Program-made: the position numbers and the translations under genes
Shown: one piece after another, positions 25,701 to 38,900 of the stretch
Numbering within the stretch: position 1 is the first letter of the stretch
Layout: each line of letters begins with the position of its first letter
The notes under the pieces: model-generated
What the model was told of the DNA's origin: nothing
Database searches by the model: none
What the model saw: only the letters and a program-made list of their open reading frames with translations
Assembly: GCF_001194135.2 (NCBI RefSeq)
Contig: NC_068998.1
Location: 15,380,023-15,444,022, forward strand
DNA from: Octopus bimaculoides
Taxonomy: Eukaryota
DNA: 64,000 bases
Direction of reading: 5' to 3'

Positions 25701-28700
25701 ATCTACACCCATTAACGAATTTTTGTGAAACTTTGCAAACATACTAAAGTAGCATCCAGTTTGTTACTAGGCTCATTGAAGTTGAAGTTTAATGAAAATC
25801 TATAATTGGATGGCTAGGGCCCCTATATATATNNNNNNNNNNTTGTTTGTAAAGAATAAAAAGTTTAGAAAGGTATAACAATGCACTATAGAGACTCCAA
25901 CAAATAAGATCTGAAGAAAGAATTCTAATTCCGAAATATCATCGGACTATAGATAACCAAGTTACAACAGGTATATAGTTCATTTTTTGTTCTATAGTGC
26001 ATTGTTATACCTTTCTAAACTTTTTATTCTTTACACACATATATATATATATATATATATACACACACTCACACATGCAGGATATTGGAAATGGATGACA
26101 CTGATTGTATAGCAGCGACTATCATCTACAACTGTCATGAGATGTCAAAAGAAGGAGATACAGCCTTACACACACACACATGTGCCTAGGATTATACTAG
26201 GAGACATTTGCTCAAGGTGCCACACAATGAAACTGAACCCCCAAACGATGTGGTTGGGAACTGAATTTCTTCACCACACAACTATATTTAATTCATTCTA
26301 GTATGGGAAAATCGACAAAAAAACTAACAAAAAGATGCACACACACACACACACACACAAATACACACAAACTAGTGGAAAATCTGCACAGGTAGTTCAA
26401 CGAGGGGAATATTATTTTGGAATAACATTTGTAAAATATCTGATATATCTAAACTCAATACACACACACCTGGGTAGTTGGTTAATGTTTTTAGTACACT
26501 GCATGAATAAAATATATTTTTCTTTCAAAGTCTACAAAGAGGGGTAATGCAAGAAGTGTAGTGTGCTATATCTGTGAGCACAACAAAATGCTAATTACAA
26601 AACTTTGGCTCCTAAATTTTGTATTAGTAGCATGTAATTTTTATCTCCAAAACCACTACCTGTGACAAATATATTAATCAAAACAAACTAACAAGAGGGC
26701 TCCTATGCAGGCGTCCAACTTGCTAGAAACAGTAACCAGGCATCTCTCAAATCAAACCCTACCATCTTGAAAAAAAAAAAAGAGGGATACATTGCACAAT
26801 GTTGTCCATGGTATACAGAAAATGATGTGTTCACATCTGGAATACCCTTTTATCATAGATTTAGATTTTTTCCAACAGGGTCAAATAACAACAACAACTA
26901 TATATTTAATTAATCCACAATTAGAATAGATTAGTATTTACATAAGAGTTAGTTATAGTTTTAGTTAGTTAATCCTTGTACAAGTCAAAACAAAGCCAGT
27001 GATTATTTCTGTTAATCTCATGAACATTACTGTACACTGCTTAAGAGCAAAGCTGGTAAACCATCAATGCTAGGTCCTAACAATCTCTAATTGCATGTCG
27101 TGGTGAACAGAATTGTATCACAAAGGTTGGCATTCCTTATTAAAGACATGAAATACTTTAGTTCTGACCGGCTGCTAACAGAATAAAAACAGAAATACAC
27201 CCAAGACTATAAGATTCTCACAGACAAAGAGCAAGCATGTATGTGATTGCTTGACCTGCTAGAAATAGCAGCGAAATTTCCTTGAGATCACACTTTATCT
27301 TCTTGAAAAATCCTTTCTACTATAGATAGGCACAAGGCTTGAAATTTAGCAGGAGAGGGTAGTTGATTACATTGGTCCCGGTATTAGACTGAAACTTTAT
27401 TACATCAAACTAAAAACAATGAAAGGCAAAGTTGACCTTGGCAGAATTTGAACTCAGAGTGTAAAGGCAAAAGAAATGCTGCTAAGCATTTTGTCATCAT
27501 CATCATCGTCGTCGTTTAACGTCTGCTTTCCATGCTAGCATGAGTTGGACAATTTGACTGGGGACTGGCGAACCAGATGGCTACACCAGACTCCAATCTG
27601 ATCTGGCAGAGTTTCTACAGCTGGGTGCCCTTCCTAATGCCAACCACTCCGAGAGTGTAGTGGGTGCTTTTTACGTGCCACCGGCACGAGGACCAGTCCG
27701 GCGGTACTGGCAACGGCCATGCTCAAATGGTGTTTTTTTAAGTGCCACCTGCACAGGAGTCAGTCCAATGTTTTGTTAACATGCCACCGGCACAAGTGCC
27801 AGTAAGGCAAAGCTGGAAACGATCGCGCTCAAAAGAACAAATTGGATAAATGTAGACCTAGATGCATTATGCCTGAATAAAAGACAGGAAAATCATGGCT
27901 ATAAATTCTTTAATGAGGTCTATGTGATTAAGATTGACATAGAGGCTAAACAACAATAGCTATTATTCATTTGGAACAGTGTACACAATATGCACATCTG
28001 TGTAGTCCAAATACAAAAAAAAAAAAACATTCTATTCACCTACCAGGCCTAGTTTATACTGAGCTGATCAAATATTGACCCAACATAAGTAATTCTTCCT
28101 CCATTTTCCCACAAACACTTTCACCAGTCTTTGTTCTTTTGAATTTTTTAAAAACTTTCTACAACCTCAACTTAATTATATTCATTTCAGTTGCTTCCCG
28201 TCAAGTTAACTGTTTGTCACATTTCATTCACCCATTTTCAATTCACTACTGGATGAAGCTTCAGAATGCTGTTACCAGTTTATTGTCAATGCTGGTTGTA
28301 TATCTACACGAGTTGGACTCTTTCTCTGTTTGTTTCTTCTTCCCACAACCAAATTCCTGTAGGCTCTTTTATGTTTTCTCTCCAACTACAAACCCAGAAG
28401 AATGCTAACAGAGTAAAACCACACCAACTTTACACGGCTATCTCAAGCAAAGTCTGAAGTGGGAGAATAAAAAGCTTTAGGGAGGTGCTATCATGTCCTA
28501 TACATAATGTCAAATAGTTATAAAAAAAAAAACATTGGCATAATGAAAGAAAGAAGCTGACCTATTTACATGATCGAGGTATGAGTCTTGCAGAAAGTAT
28601 CTGAGTAAAGCATTTGTGTTATTTAAACATTGTATTATTGAGTTCATGTAGCAGGTATTACCAATATTCTTCAAACCTGTAAGTCCATGAGACTGAAAAA

Positions 28701-28897
28701 AAATTAAAATAGAAACAATTTTTTTAAAAATTAACAATTAGTCTCTTTTGACTTGTTTTCCAAACCCAAAATTGAAATAACGAAATGAATGTCTCAAAGT
28801 ATCTAAACAAGGTAACTAGACTTATTGATCTATTTGTAAGAGGATTACTGATTTAAAGACTGTTGAGCATCTCTTTATCAAGTCTTTTCTCTCTCTC

Positions 28898-28934
<37 letters not shown>

Positions 28935-31900
28935 ATTTACTCTACTTGCTGTGTGAGCTAATGAGGGTTGTCTGACATGCAAGAAATGACAACCACATAT
29001 ATTTCATATTACACTCTATTGTCTTTTAAAAAAAAAGAGGAAAGATGCATTGAATAATGTAGTCCAAGATGCATTGTGCGTGAATAAAAGAGATGACAAT
29101 CACAGCTGAAATATCAGACCAAGTCAGTGGTCTTCCCATTGGATAAACATTGGTGTCATGGAGAGGGGTGGTTTGCATGGCATGTAAAATTGCCAGTTTT
29201 CTGCTAATATTCTGGTCCAGGCTTGCACACATGTAGACTGATGGAGGTAACAATATATACTGAAATCTCAAGAGACCATTCATGTTATGAGATTTTGATG
29301 GCTATTTCAACTTACATATGAATACTGTATTTTCCGATAAGTCAAATTTTTCAGACCAAAATTCACAGCCAAAAAAGACAGGTTGACTTATACACCAAAT
29401 CTACTTTGGAGGCCAAAAATTCCATGTGAAATGCAACAGGATTTGGCTAAAGAATGGCGATGTTTGAATGCTTACACTACATGTTTACACCATAAATGAC
29501 ATCAGCTTGGTATTAAAAAGGCTTTTAATATGGCATTATTTTGCTTGTGGAAAACAGAATGAATTCTAACTGCATGTAGGTAATTAATTATGTACAGTAG
29601 TAATGTACTTAGTAATGTACTTAGAAACCTATTTAAGATATAATATAGAGTTTCATTCTTTTTCGAGTTGAATCTTATTGCATGCATATGATTTGATAAC
29701 ATAATTTAAATTGATAGAAAAACACTTACCACATTGCCAAACACTGGATTCAAGTTCCTGACTCGCACCTGATTGGGGTTCGGTTTACTGTGAAGAGCTA
29801 CACGGTTTCCTCCAAAACTTGAATGCATAAAATAGAGAAATATGTCTTAGAGCAGCCAGCATCGAAATTCAACATCAAACAAAAATGAGAGTATAAGAGA
29901 GAGAGAGAAAATAAAAAAAGAGATATACAAAAAAAAATGAGAGAGAGAGAGTGAATGTTAATCAGAAGAGAAATTTTAAATTGCAACAAAAACTTTATAA
30001 TAAAACAGAACAAATTAGGACCCTTACTTTGGTTTAGTGGATCGATCAACAATAGGTTTAGGTTTACTTTTCCCATCATTTTCAATAAGCTGTGAAATAT
30101 CTGGGGATGAGTGTGAACGTTTTAAGCCAGTATTCGATAATGGTGATTCATCTTTCAACTTGACTTTGTAAACCATTTCTTTTGCTGCAATTACAGACAG
30201 AATAAAACAACTGAACAATTGGCCATGAATAATTAAAATAAGTTAAGAGAAAATGAATAAAAAATAAACCTTAAAATTAATTAGATTTTAAAAAATAAAC
30301 TTCTTCATTCTAACTTTTGAACACAATCAAAGTTTTAGTTTTACACAGTTGGTGAAATCTGCAGCAACTTGGGAAATGTAGTTAGAAATTCTTCAAGCTG
30401 TTCAGTTAAGAAAATAGTTTGCCTTCTACTTCATTTATATATCAACAGAAACATTTTTTTACTGCTTTCATGTAAAAATGGAATATTAATACATATTTAT
30501 ATCATCGGGCAGTATATTAAGGATACAGCATATGACTGGCCAGAACGTTACCATCGGTTTCACACCAAGTACTAAACAATACTGATGACTTCTGGCCAAC
30601 TCTCTCTCTCTCTTTTTCTTTCTCTGTATGTGTTTGTAATTCAAAAATATTCTAAAATATATTGACTCTTCTTATCATATTTATCATTACACTTATTGCA
30701 CAGCTTTTGGTGAACAAAGCATATAAGAAGCATATAGCAAACTTAGAAAGGTTGAGAGAGAAATTTTGTTGCTGGTACTTGGGAAAATCTTTGTTATTCT
30801 TGATTAAAAACAAAACTAACTTTTATAAAGAATTTGTAGAGTTATCTTGATTATTGTAATGATAAAAGGCAAAGCAAACACCAGCACAATTTAATCTCTT
30901 AATACTGAAGCACTATACTATACAAAGTAAAGTGATCACTTCAACACTATATAACATCAGCCATCTCCAGTAATATTCAGAGACATAAATAGTTTACTTT
31001 CCTTATTTAAAAAACTAGTTTGTTGGTCAGGTCTATAACAAATTAAATTAACCCCAGAACATAAATGAAACTTATTTTATTTGACTCAAAGAGATACAGA
31101 TTAAAATCAGTCTTGTCTGGATTTAAGTTTATAATTTTAAAGCATGAAATTAAATAAGTGAAATTATTTAGATTAATGTTTTGTTGTTTCTGCCAACTTA
31201 ACATCCTATTGTTTGGAGTAAATATTGTAAAAAAAAAAATTCAGTTTGTCTGTAATATAACAGTACATACATAATAGGAAGAGTAAATGTGAAAAAAATA
31301 AACTAAGACCAAGAAATATGAAGTATACTGACCTAGAGTTTCTGAACCTTGTCCTAAATTTATTTGTGGAGGGTTCCATTGGTTTTTACCTGAAGGAGGA
31401 TGGATGTAGTAAAATCTGTTTGTAGTTGAGTCTAGGCGTTTCTCCCAGTTAAGAGGCAATGTTGGTGATGGAATTAATTTTGATTTACTACCTTCTGCAC
31501 AAATAGAAATTTAGAAGTTTTCAATCAATAACTTGAGAAAATTCATTGTAAACAGCAACTTGTTCACATTTTAGCAATCAATTCAACACAGACAGGGTTC
31601 CAAAATAAAAGAGCTGGTCCATAAATCAATGATCTGTTCTTAATTATACAACATCACAATGTGAATCAGTGATCTGCTATCCCTAGGAATATGAGGGGGT
31701 GCTGAAAAGTTCTTGGCCTTAAGGGTATCACCAAAACCTAGTTGGAGGCCCAGCCTTCTGAGTTCTTTTACAGGGCTTAGAAAAACTGAAGGACCACTGC
31801 AATAAATGTGTGAATCTGAGAGGGGAACATGTTGTATAAAATCATAATTAACTGATCTTCCTGTATTTTCTTTTACCTAAAGCCAGGAACTTTTCAGCAC

Positions 31901-34900
31901 CCCCTTGTATTCCTTGAGCACATGATGAAAAATACGAGCTGCATGAAAGTTAATGTTATAATACATTAAATATACAAAGATCACCACATTGCAAATAATA
32001 CTTCACAATATGTAGCATAGTCTACTACACAGGATATACCTGTTTGGCATTGATAATGCATTCAGTTAAAAATACTTGATTCTAAAATCCATAAGTATAT
32101 ATGGCAGAAAAGTGTATCCTGAATATATAAAATTATGACTTATACCTATGAAATATGATAATAAAATTATATCAGGATTAACAATTAAATCCATGTACCT
32201 CATATCAATAAGGATCTTGTTGTTGTTGGCACTCCGTCGCTTACGACGTCGAGGGTTCCAGTTGATCCGATCAACGGAACAGCCTGCTCGTGAAATTAAT
32301 GTGCAAGTGGCTGAGCACTCCACCGACACGTGTTCCCTTAACGTAGTTCTCAGGGATATTCAGCGTGACACAGTGTGACAAGGCTGACCCTTTGAATTCC
32401 AGGCACAACAGAAACAGGAAGTAAGAGTGAGAGAAAGTTGTGGTGGAAGAGTACAGCAGGGTTCGCCACCATCCCCTGCCTGAGCCTTGTGGAGCTTTAG
32501 NNNNNNNNNNNNNNNNNNNNNNNNNNNNNNNNNNNNNNNNNNNNNNNNNNNNNNNNNNNNNNNNNNNNNNNNNNNNNNNNNNNNNNNNNNNNNNNNNNNN
32601 NNNNNNNNNNNNNNNNNNNNNNNNNNNNNNNNNNNNNGTTTTTGCTCAAAAAAACACTCACAACGCCTGGTCTGGGAATCGAAACCGCGATTCTATGACC
32701 GCGAGTCCGCTGTCCTAACCACTGGGCCATTGCACTTCTACATATAATAAGGATACAAAACAAAAAAAAAAGACAAATGAATAAATAAAAGTCACCCCAC
32801 TCCCCATCAACTTCTCTCTCTTTTATTGTACGAAAATAATAAATTTAGACTTACTATCTGACACAAGTAAATATGAACCAAATGAATTCATAAAAAAAAA
32901 AAAAACTTAATTTGAAGTTTATCTTAGTTTACTGATATCAAGTCTGGGAACCACATTTACTTTCACTATAATCTAAGCTTTCTCTCAAGCAAAGTACAGT
33001 CCTTGTTTCTACTGAAAGAGATCAGTACTGCTATTATTTTATTGCTCAACATTTCTGCAAATGTTAAACCATTTCCACAAATCGTTTGTCTATTATAATA
33101 AATTCAGTCAGCAAAAATTGTAGGTTTTCAGCAGAGTAAATCTTTCAGACCTTAACCCTTTAGCATTTAAACTGGTGATATCTGGGCCAAATGTTCTACC
33201 AGTTTTAAGTTCAAACTGACTAGATCCAGCCTCTTCCACCTATTCTAAACTGTCGCTCTAAAAATAAACAATCACATCGTCAAAATTTCAAAGCTATGAG
33301 ATAATGGAATGATTAATTCAAAACAATGTGAACAAATAAGGATTTCATTGAACAGAATAATCTGAATGCTAAAGGGTTAAACACAGGACTCACATACTCG
33401 ATAAATGGAACTTATCATACATTTCATTAAGATAAAATAAATGAAGAAACTAATGAAGAAGCTTTTATGTGGTTTTTCACCAGCTAAAAAAGAACAACCA
33501 AATTTCCTTCAAATCACATCTTACTCATAAAAATAAAAGACGCACTGAGTAATATCATCATCATCATCATCATGGCTACACCAGGCTCCAGTCTGATTTG
33601 GCAGAGTTTCTACAGCTGGATGCCCTTCCTAACGCCAACCACTCAGAGAGTGTAGTGGGTGCTTTTATGTGCCACCGGCACGAAGGCCAGTCAGGCGGTA
33701 CTGGCAACGGCCAATATAAATAATAAATTTGACATAAAGCTATTAATTGAAGAAAAAAAAACATTAAAAGCACAAATTAATTTAAAGAATATTTTGAGTA
33801 GCCTAAAATTAATTTTTTTTTTTTTAAATGGGATGATCATGGATAGAATGCTTTTAATCATGGGTCTGCTGGTTCAAAACTGACCTGAGCATAAATAACA
33901 AAGCTAATGAAAGTAAAAAATAAAATAAAATAAAGAAGCCACTCCTATAGGCGTAGGAGTGGCTGTGTGGGAAGTAGCTTGCTTACCAACCACATGGTTC
34001 CGGGTTCAGTCCCACTGCATGGCACCTTGGGCAAGTGTCTTCTACTATAGCCTCAGGCCGACCAAAGCCTTGTGAGTGGATTTGGTAGACGGAAACTGAA
34101 AGAAGCCCGTCGTATATATGTATATGTATATATGTATGTGTGTGTATATGTTTGTGTGTCTGTGTTTGTCCCCACCCCACAACTTCGCTTGACAACTGAT
34201 GCTGGTGTGTTTACGTCCCCGTAACATAGCAGTTCAGCAAAGGAGACCGATCAAATAAGTACTAGGCTTACAAAGAATAAGTCCTGGGGTCGACTTGCTT
34301 GACTAAAGGCAGTGCTCTAGCATGGCCACAGGCAAATGACTGAAGCAAGTAAAAGAGTAAAAGAGAGTAAGTAGTGGGAAAATAGATCTTACCTTTCATT
34401 CGTTTAACTTTTTCCTCAGCCTCCTTTAAGGCCTTTTGTTCCATTGAAAGTTTTTCAGGGGTTTCATTAAGATGCTGACCATTAACTTTGGCTTTAAGTA
34501 ACACTGGAGAGCCTGATTCATCTTTATTTTTCTCTTTCTGAATTTGGTCAGTTTTAGCCTTCTCCACCTGGTATCTATCTTTCTTCATTGAATCACCGAG
34601 AATCTCTTTGTTACTTTTAATACTGCTTGGAGGTTTGCTGGGCAGTGGTTTGTTGTAAACCAGGTTGGCATAGGAAGGACCATCAGTCTTGTAATGTAAA
34701 AGTAAAAGAGTGACAAGATCTATTGGCAGCAGTTAAATTTACTTGATTAAATTCTTAGTTCTCTAATTTTTTTTTTAATGGACTTTGTAGAAAATTAATA
34801 CTTAATGAAGGCTTGTCTGTGCATGTGTATGTACACATTTATGCATATGTTTATGCATCTATGCATGTATGTATCTGCAAGCACTTACTATGTTTATGCA

Positions 34901-35836
34901 TATATTTTTTTGGAACTGGATCTTGAAGCATATACAGAGCTATATATCATAGCATGTAAATATTGCGTTGTAAAACCTTTTGGATAGAAAATGTCAAAGG
35001 CTGCCTGTGTGACATAAACCCACATCTCCTGTCGATATGTATACATGGGAAGTTTCTCATAAGTTGTTAATACCAGAGTAAAAATTCAGGTGGAAACAAA
35101 ATATAAAGGAATTTGCTTTCAGGGGAAAAGGCAGATTTTATGACGCTTGTGTAAGAAGTGCATTGTTGTTGCATGGTAGCAAAAGAGGGACACCGAATGA
35201 GGGGGATGTGCAAGGACAAAAATGAAATCAAGTGAGTATGATCCATCAGATGTGTACGAAAAACAGACTGTGAATAGACTGAGAGAAAAACTGGGGAGAA
35301 GAGAAATCAGGTGTTGCGTGTAAAAAGGAAGACTACACTGGTGTGAACATGTGATGCACATGGAAGATGACAGTTCGGTTAAGAAGTGCTAAATGATCCA
35401 AATGGAATAAAACCAGAAGAAGAATATTAAGGAAAATGTGAGGAAATCTGATCACTGCGTTGTTTTTATACGAGTCACTGGCACTGGCTATGATTACAAT
35501 TCACTTAGCTTGATATGTCTTCTCAAGAACAGCAAATCACCAGAAGTCTCAGTCACCTGTCATTACTGCCATGGGGCACAACAACCAAAGATCATATTTC
35601 AACACCTTGTCCCACGTTTTCCTGGGGCTACCCCTTCCACAGGTTCCCTCCACAATTAGAGATGGACACTTCTTTACACAGCAGTCCTTATCCGTATGCA
35701 TCACATGACCATACCAGTATAGTCTTCTCTCTTGCACACTACGTTTGATGCCTCTTATACCCAATTTCTCTCTTAAAACACTTACACTCTGTCATACATG
35801 CAGAATGACATTGCACATCCAGTGCAGCATGGTGGC

Positions 35837-35920
<84 letters not shown>

Positions 35921-35933
35921 CATATATATATGA

Positions 35934-35968
<35 letters not shown>

Positions 35969-38900
35969 TTTATATGAATACATATATATATATATATCCC
36001 TGTTCAATGTTTGTTCCTCCCTGTATATCACTGACATGATGAGGATAACTTGGAAGATTTGGCTGCCCCATGGTAGAAACGGCTGTAAGAGTTTAGTATT
36101 TATACGCTCATCTATTATTCATTTATTTCTATATATATATATCTGTTTACATATTTATTGACTTATTTCGTCTGTTTACTTGAATCACACATATGTTTGT
36201 AATCAATTAATAAATAGATATTATTGATGTTTGTCGATTGTTTATCCTCTCCATTTTCTTATTTGCCTTATATATATATAAGCACACACACACATACAAT
36301 ATATATATGCACATGCCTGCATGTAAACACACGTATATCTATGTATACAGACAGACAGACATATAGATGTGTGTGTGTACGCAAACATGTATATGGAAAA
36401 GCAATCATAATAGTTAAGTAAAATATATGACTCCATCAGCTCCATGCTTGATTGGTGATGATAAAAATATTTATAATGATAAACTACAAAACAATAATCA
36501 TAAAATGATAATGGCAATATTTGATAATATCAAAAAATTGAAGACCAACACTGTACTTACTGACTTTTAAATAACCCAATTTAACAAATGATAAAAGAGT
36601 TCAACTCAGCATCAAGTGAATTTTATCAGAGCAGGCATTAAACCAAAGAGAAGTACAGGATATTATAATCACAGCCATAGAAATAACATTCACCTGTGTT
36701 TCATTAACAACAAAACGCAAAACTGCATTACATTATAACACACAACCTGATCACCTGTATTTCTTGATTTAACTGTTGTTGCACCACTTGTAGAAATGAT
36801 CAAATCTATCATTCTTCTCTTTGAAAAGGTTAGAATTTTAGCCACAACATTCAGATTCAAGTGTAAATAAATTTACACGTACATCCTGCAGTTTTTTTAT
36901 ATAAACAATGAAGTTACACGAAAGTCACATGCAAAACCTGAAGAATAATAGTAATAGTAATAAATAATACTATTCAGGTGTAATAATGAGGTATAACGTT
37001 AAGATAAAGCAAAAAAAAAAAAAAAGATTCAAGTGCTAAAAGGATTAGTCACAAAATCAAGATAATATAAAATATACTTTATGCTGATAAGAAAAAGCCA
37101 GTCATCAGTCAGTTTAATGTACAGGCAAGATACAACCAACAGCAAATTTTGAGGCTCCCAGGAGGATTTCTAGATCGTTAATGAAAATTTTAATTTAATT
37201 TACTACTACTACTACTACAATGATGCCGACGACAACAAGAAAGTGATAAAGTTTCAAATTAATGGCATGAAATTGAATAACTGAGTAGGGAAACTGCCGC
37301 TCAAAATTATTTTATAGAACTGTGACAATGCCACAGAGCAGAGTTAAACTTGGGAGGAGTTAAGTTTGTGAGTGAGCATATTAGTTTTCTGGAATGAAAA
37401 AAAAAACTTTACTTTTCTCATTAGATTTTTAATTCAGTAATCACAAGCCAAGCAGGGAAGTATGTATGTGGTTGATCAACTGGATAGAAATAGCAGCCAA
37501 ATTTCTCTGAAATCAGATCCTACCTTCTTTAAAAACTGTGGCTCAGTGTGGTAAGAAGCTTGCTTCCCAGTCACATGGTTCTGAGTTCAGTCCCACTATG
37601 TGGTACTTTGGGCAAAGTGTCTTCTACTACAGCCTCGGGATAACCAAAGCCATGTGAGTGGATTTGTTAGACGGAGATTGGTGTGTGTGTGTGTGTGTGT
37701 GTGCATGTGTGTGTGCGTGTGTGTGAGTGTGTGTGTGTGTTCGTGTGTCTGTGCTTGTCCTCCATCACTGCTTGACAACCGGTGTTAGTGTTTGCATTCC
37801 TGTAAGTTAGTAGTTCGGCAAAAGAGACTGATACAATAAGAACTAGACTTAAAAAATAAGCCTGGGGGTCAATTTGTTCAACTAAAACTTTCAAGATGGT
37901 GCTCCAGCATGGCCACAGTCAAATGACTGAAACAAGTAAAAGAATATATATCTCTATATGTAGATGACTTGGGTGCAATGTTTCTTATTTTCAAAGTACT
38001 CAGAATTCATCATCATCATCATTTAATGTCCATTTTCCATGCTGGCATGAGTTGGACAGTTTGACTGGAGCAGATAAAGCCAGGGACCACACCAGGCACC
38101 ATTGTCTGTTCTGGCAGAGTTTCTACGGCTGGATGCCCTTCCTAACACCAACCACTTTACAGAGTGTACTAGGTGCTTTTTATGCAGCACTAGCACCAGT
38201 ACTTTCAACATGGCATCAGCATGAGTACTTTTTATGTGGCACCGACATTGGTATCAATCTTTTGCTGTGACAGACAGGTCTTCTTGTTTAACTTAACTCT
38301 ATCCTTCTCAGTACATCTCTCTGCTATTACCAAACACTAGTTACATATTAAATAATTACCTTAGGAAGTGCTTCAATGGTGCCAATTATTTTATTCTTGT
38401 CTTCTGGGATACTAACAGTTACCATTTTGTTTTCTTCATCCTTCAAAGATGGCGACCTAGAAGTAAAAAAAAAAAAAGACATAAATAAATAACAATGATG
38501 ATTTTGATGATAATGGTGATGATTTTGGTACAAGGCCAGAAATTTCTGATGGGAGGTGCGACTAGTCAATACTATCAACCCTAGTACTTGACTGGTACTT
38601 TAATTTATTGACTGGAGAGGAATGAAAGATAAAGTTCACTTCACTGCCTCATTCAGGAAAAATATACAGGCTAAAGGTTGAAATGTTTATGGCCGCTCTG
38701 AGATAACTTCTGAAGATACTGAAGGGTTTCCAACATTGCAATAACAATAACCACCATCAGAAGAGCTCACAGTACCTTTGAATAGCTCCTGTGGTTTCTG
38801 CATAGAGGAACGCCTCTCTGGTGATTTTTTCACCTACAATCACATTGACCCAATGTACATATCTTAGCAATTCTCAGAGAATTCAAAGTCAATACCAGCA

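Noticed and set aside
28139-28457. Overlapping + strand ORFs in USP8 intron 14
   Set aside because: No recognisable motif or splice context; probably decayed repeat or chance
33950-34030. tRNA genes at SINE heads
   Set aside because: A/B-box-like motifs continue directly into SINE bodies; no complete cloverleaf was found
34688-34710. Exon-10 polypyrimidine tract derived from a family-A SINE tail
   Set aside because: Only a short low-complexity match (ctcttttact); no other SINE sequence is adjacent
36035-36092. Second hammerhead-like motif (tgatgag...gaaacggctgt) beside (TA)n
   Set aside because: C3 and the NUH triplet are absent and stem II is unconvincing; at best a dead PLE relic
36757-36937. 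Possible poison or alternative USP8 exon in intron 9
   Set aside because: Good acceptor but weak donors; exons 9 and 10 already join in phase; no supporting homology
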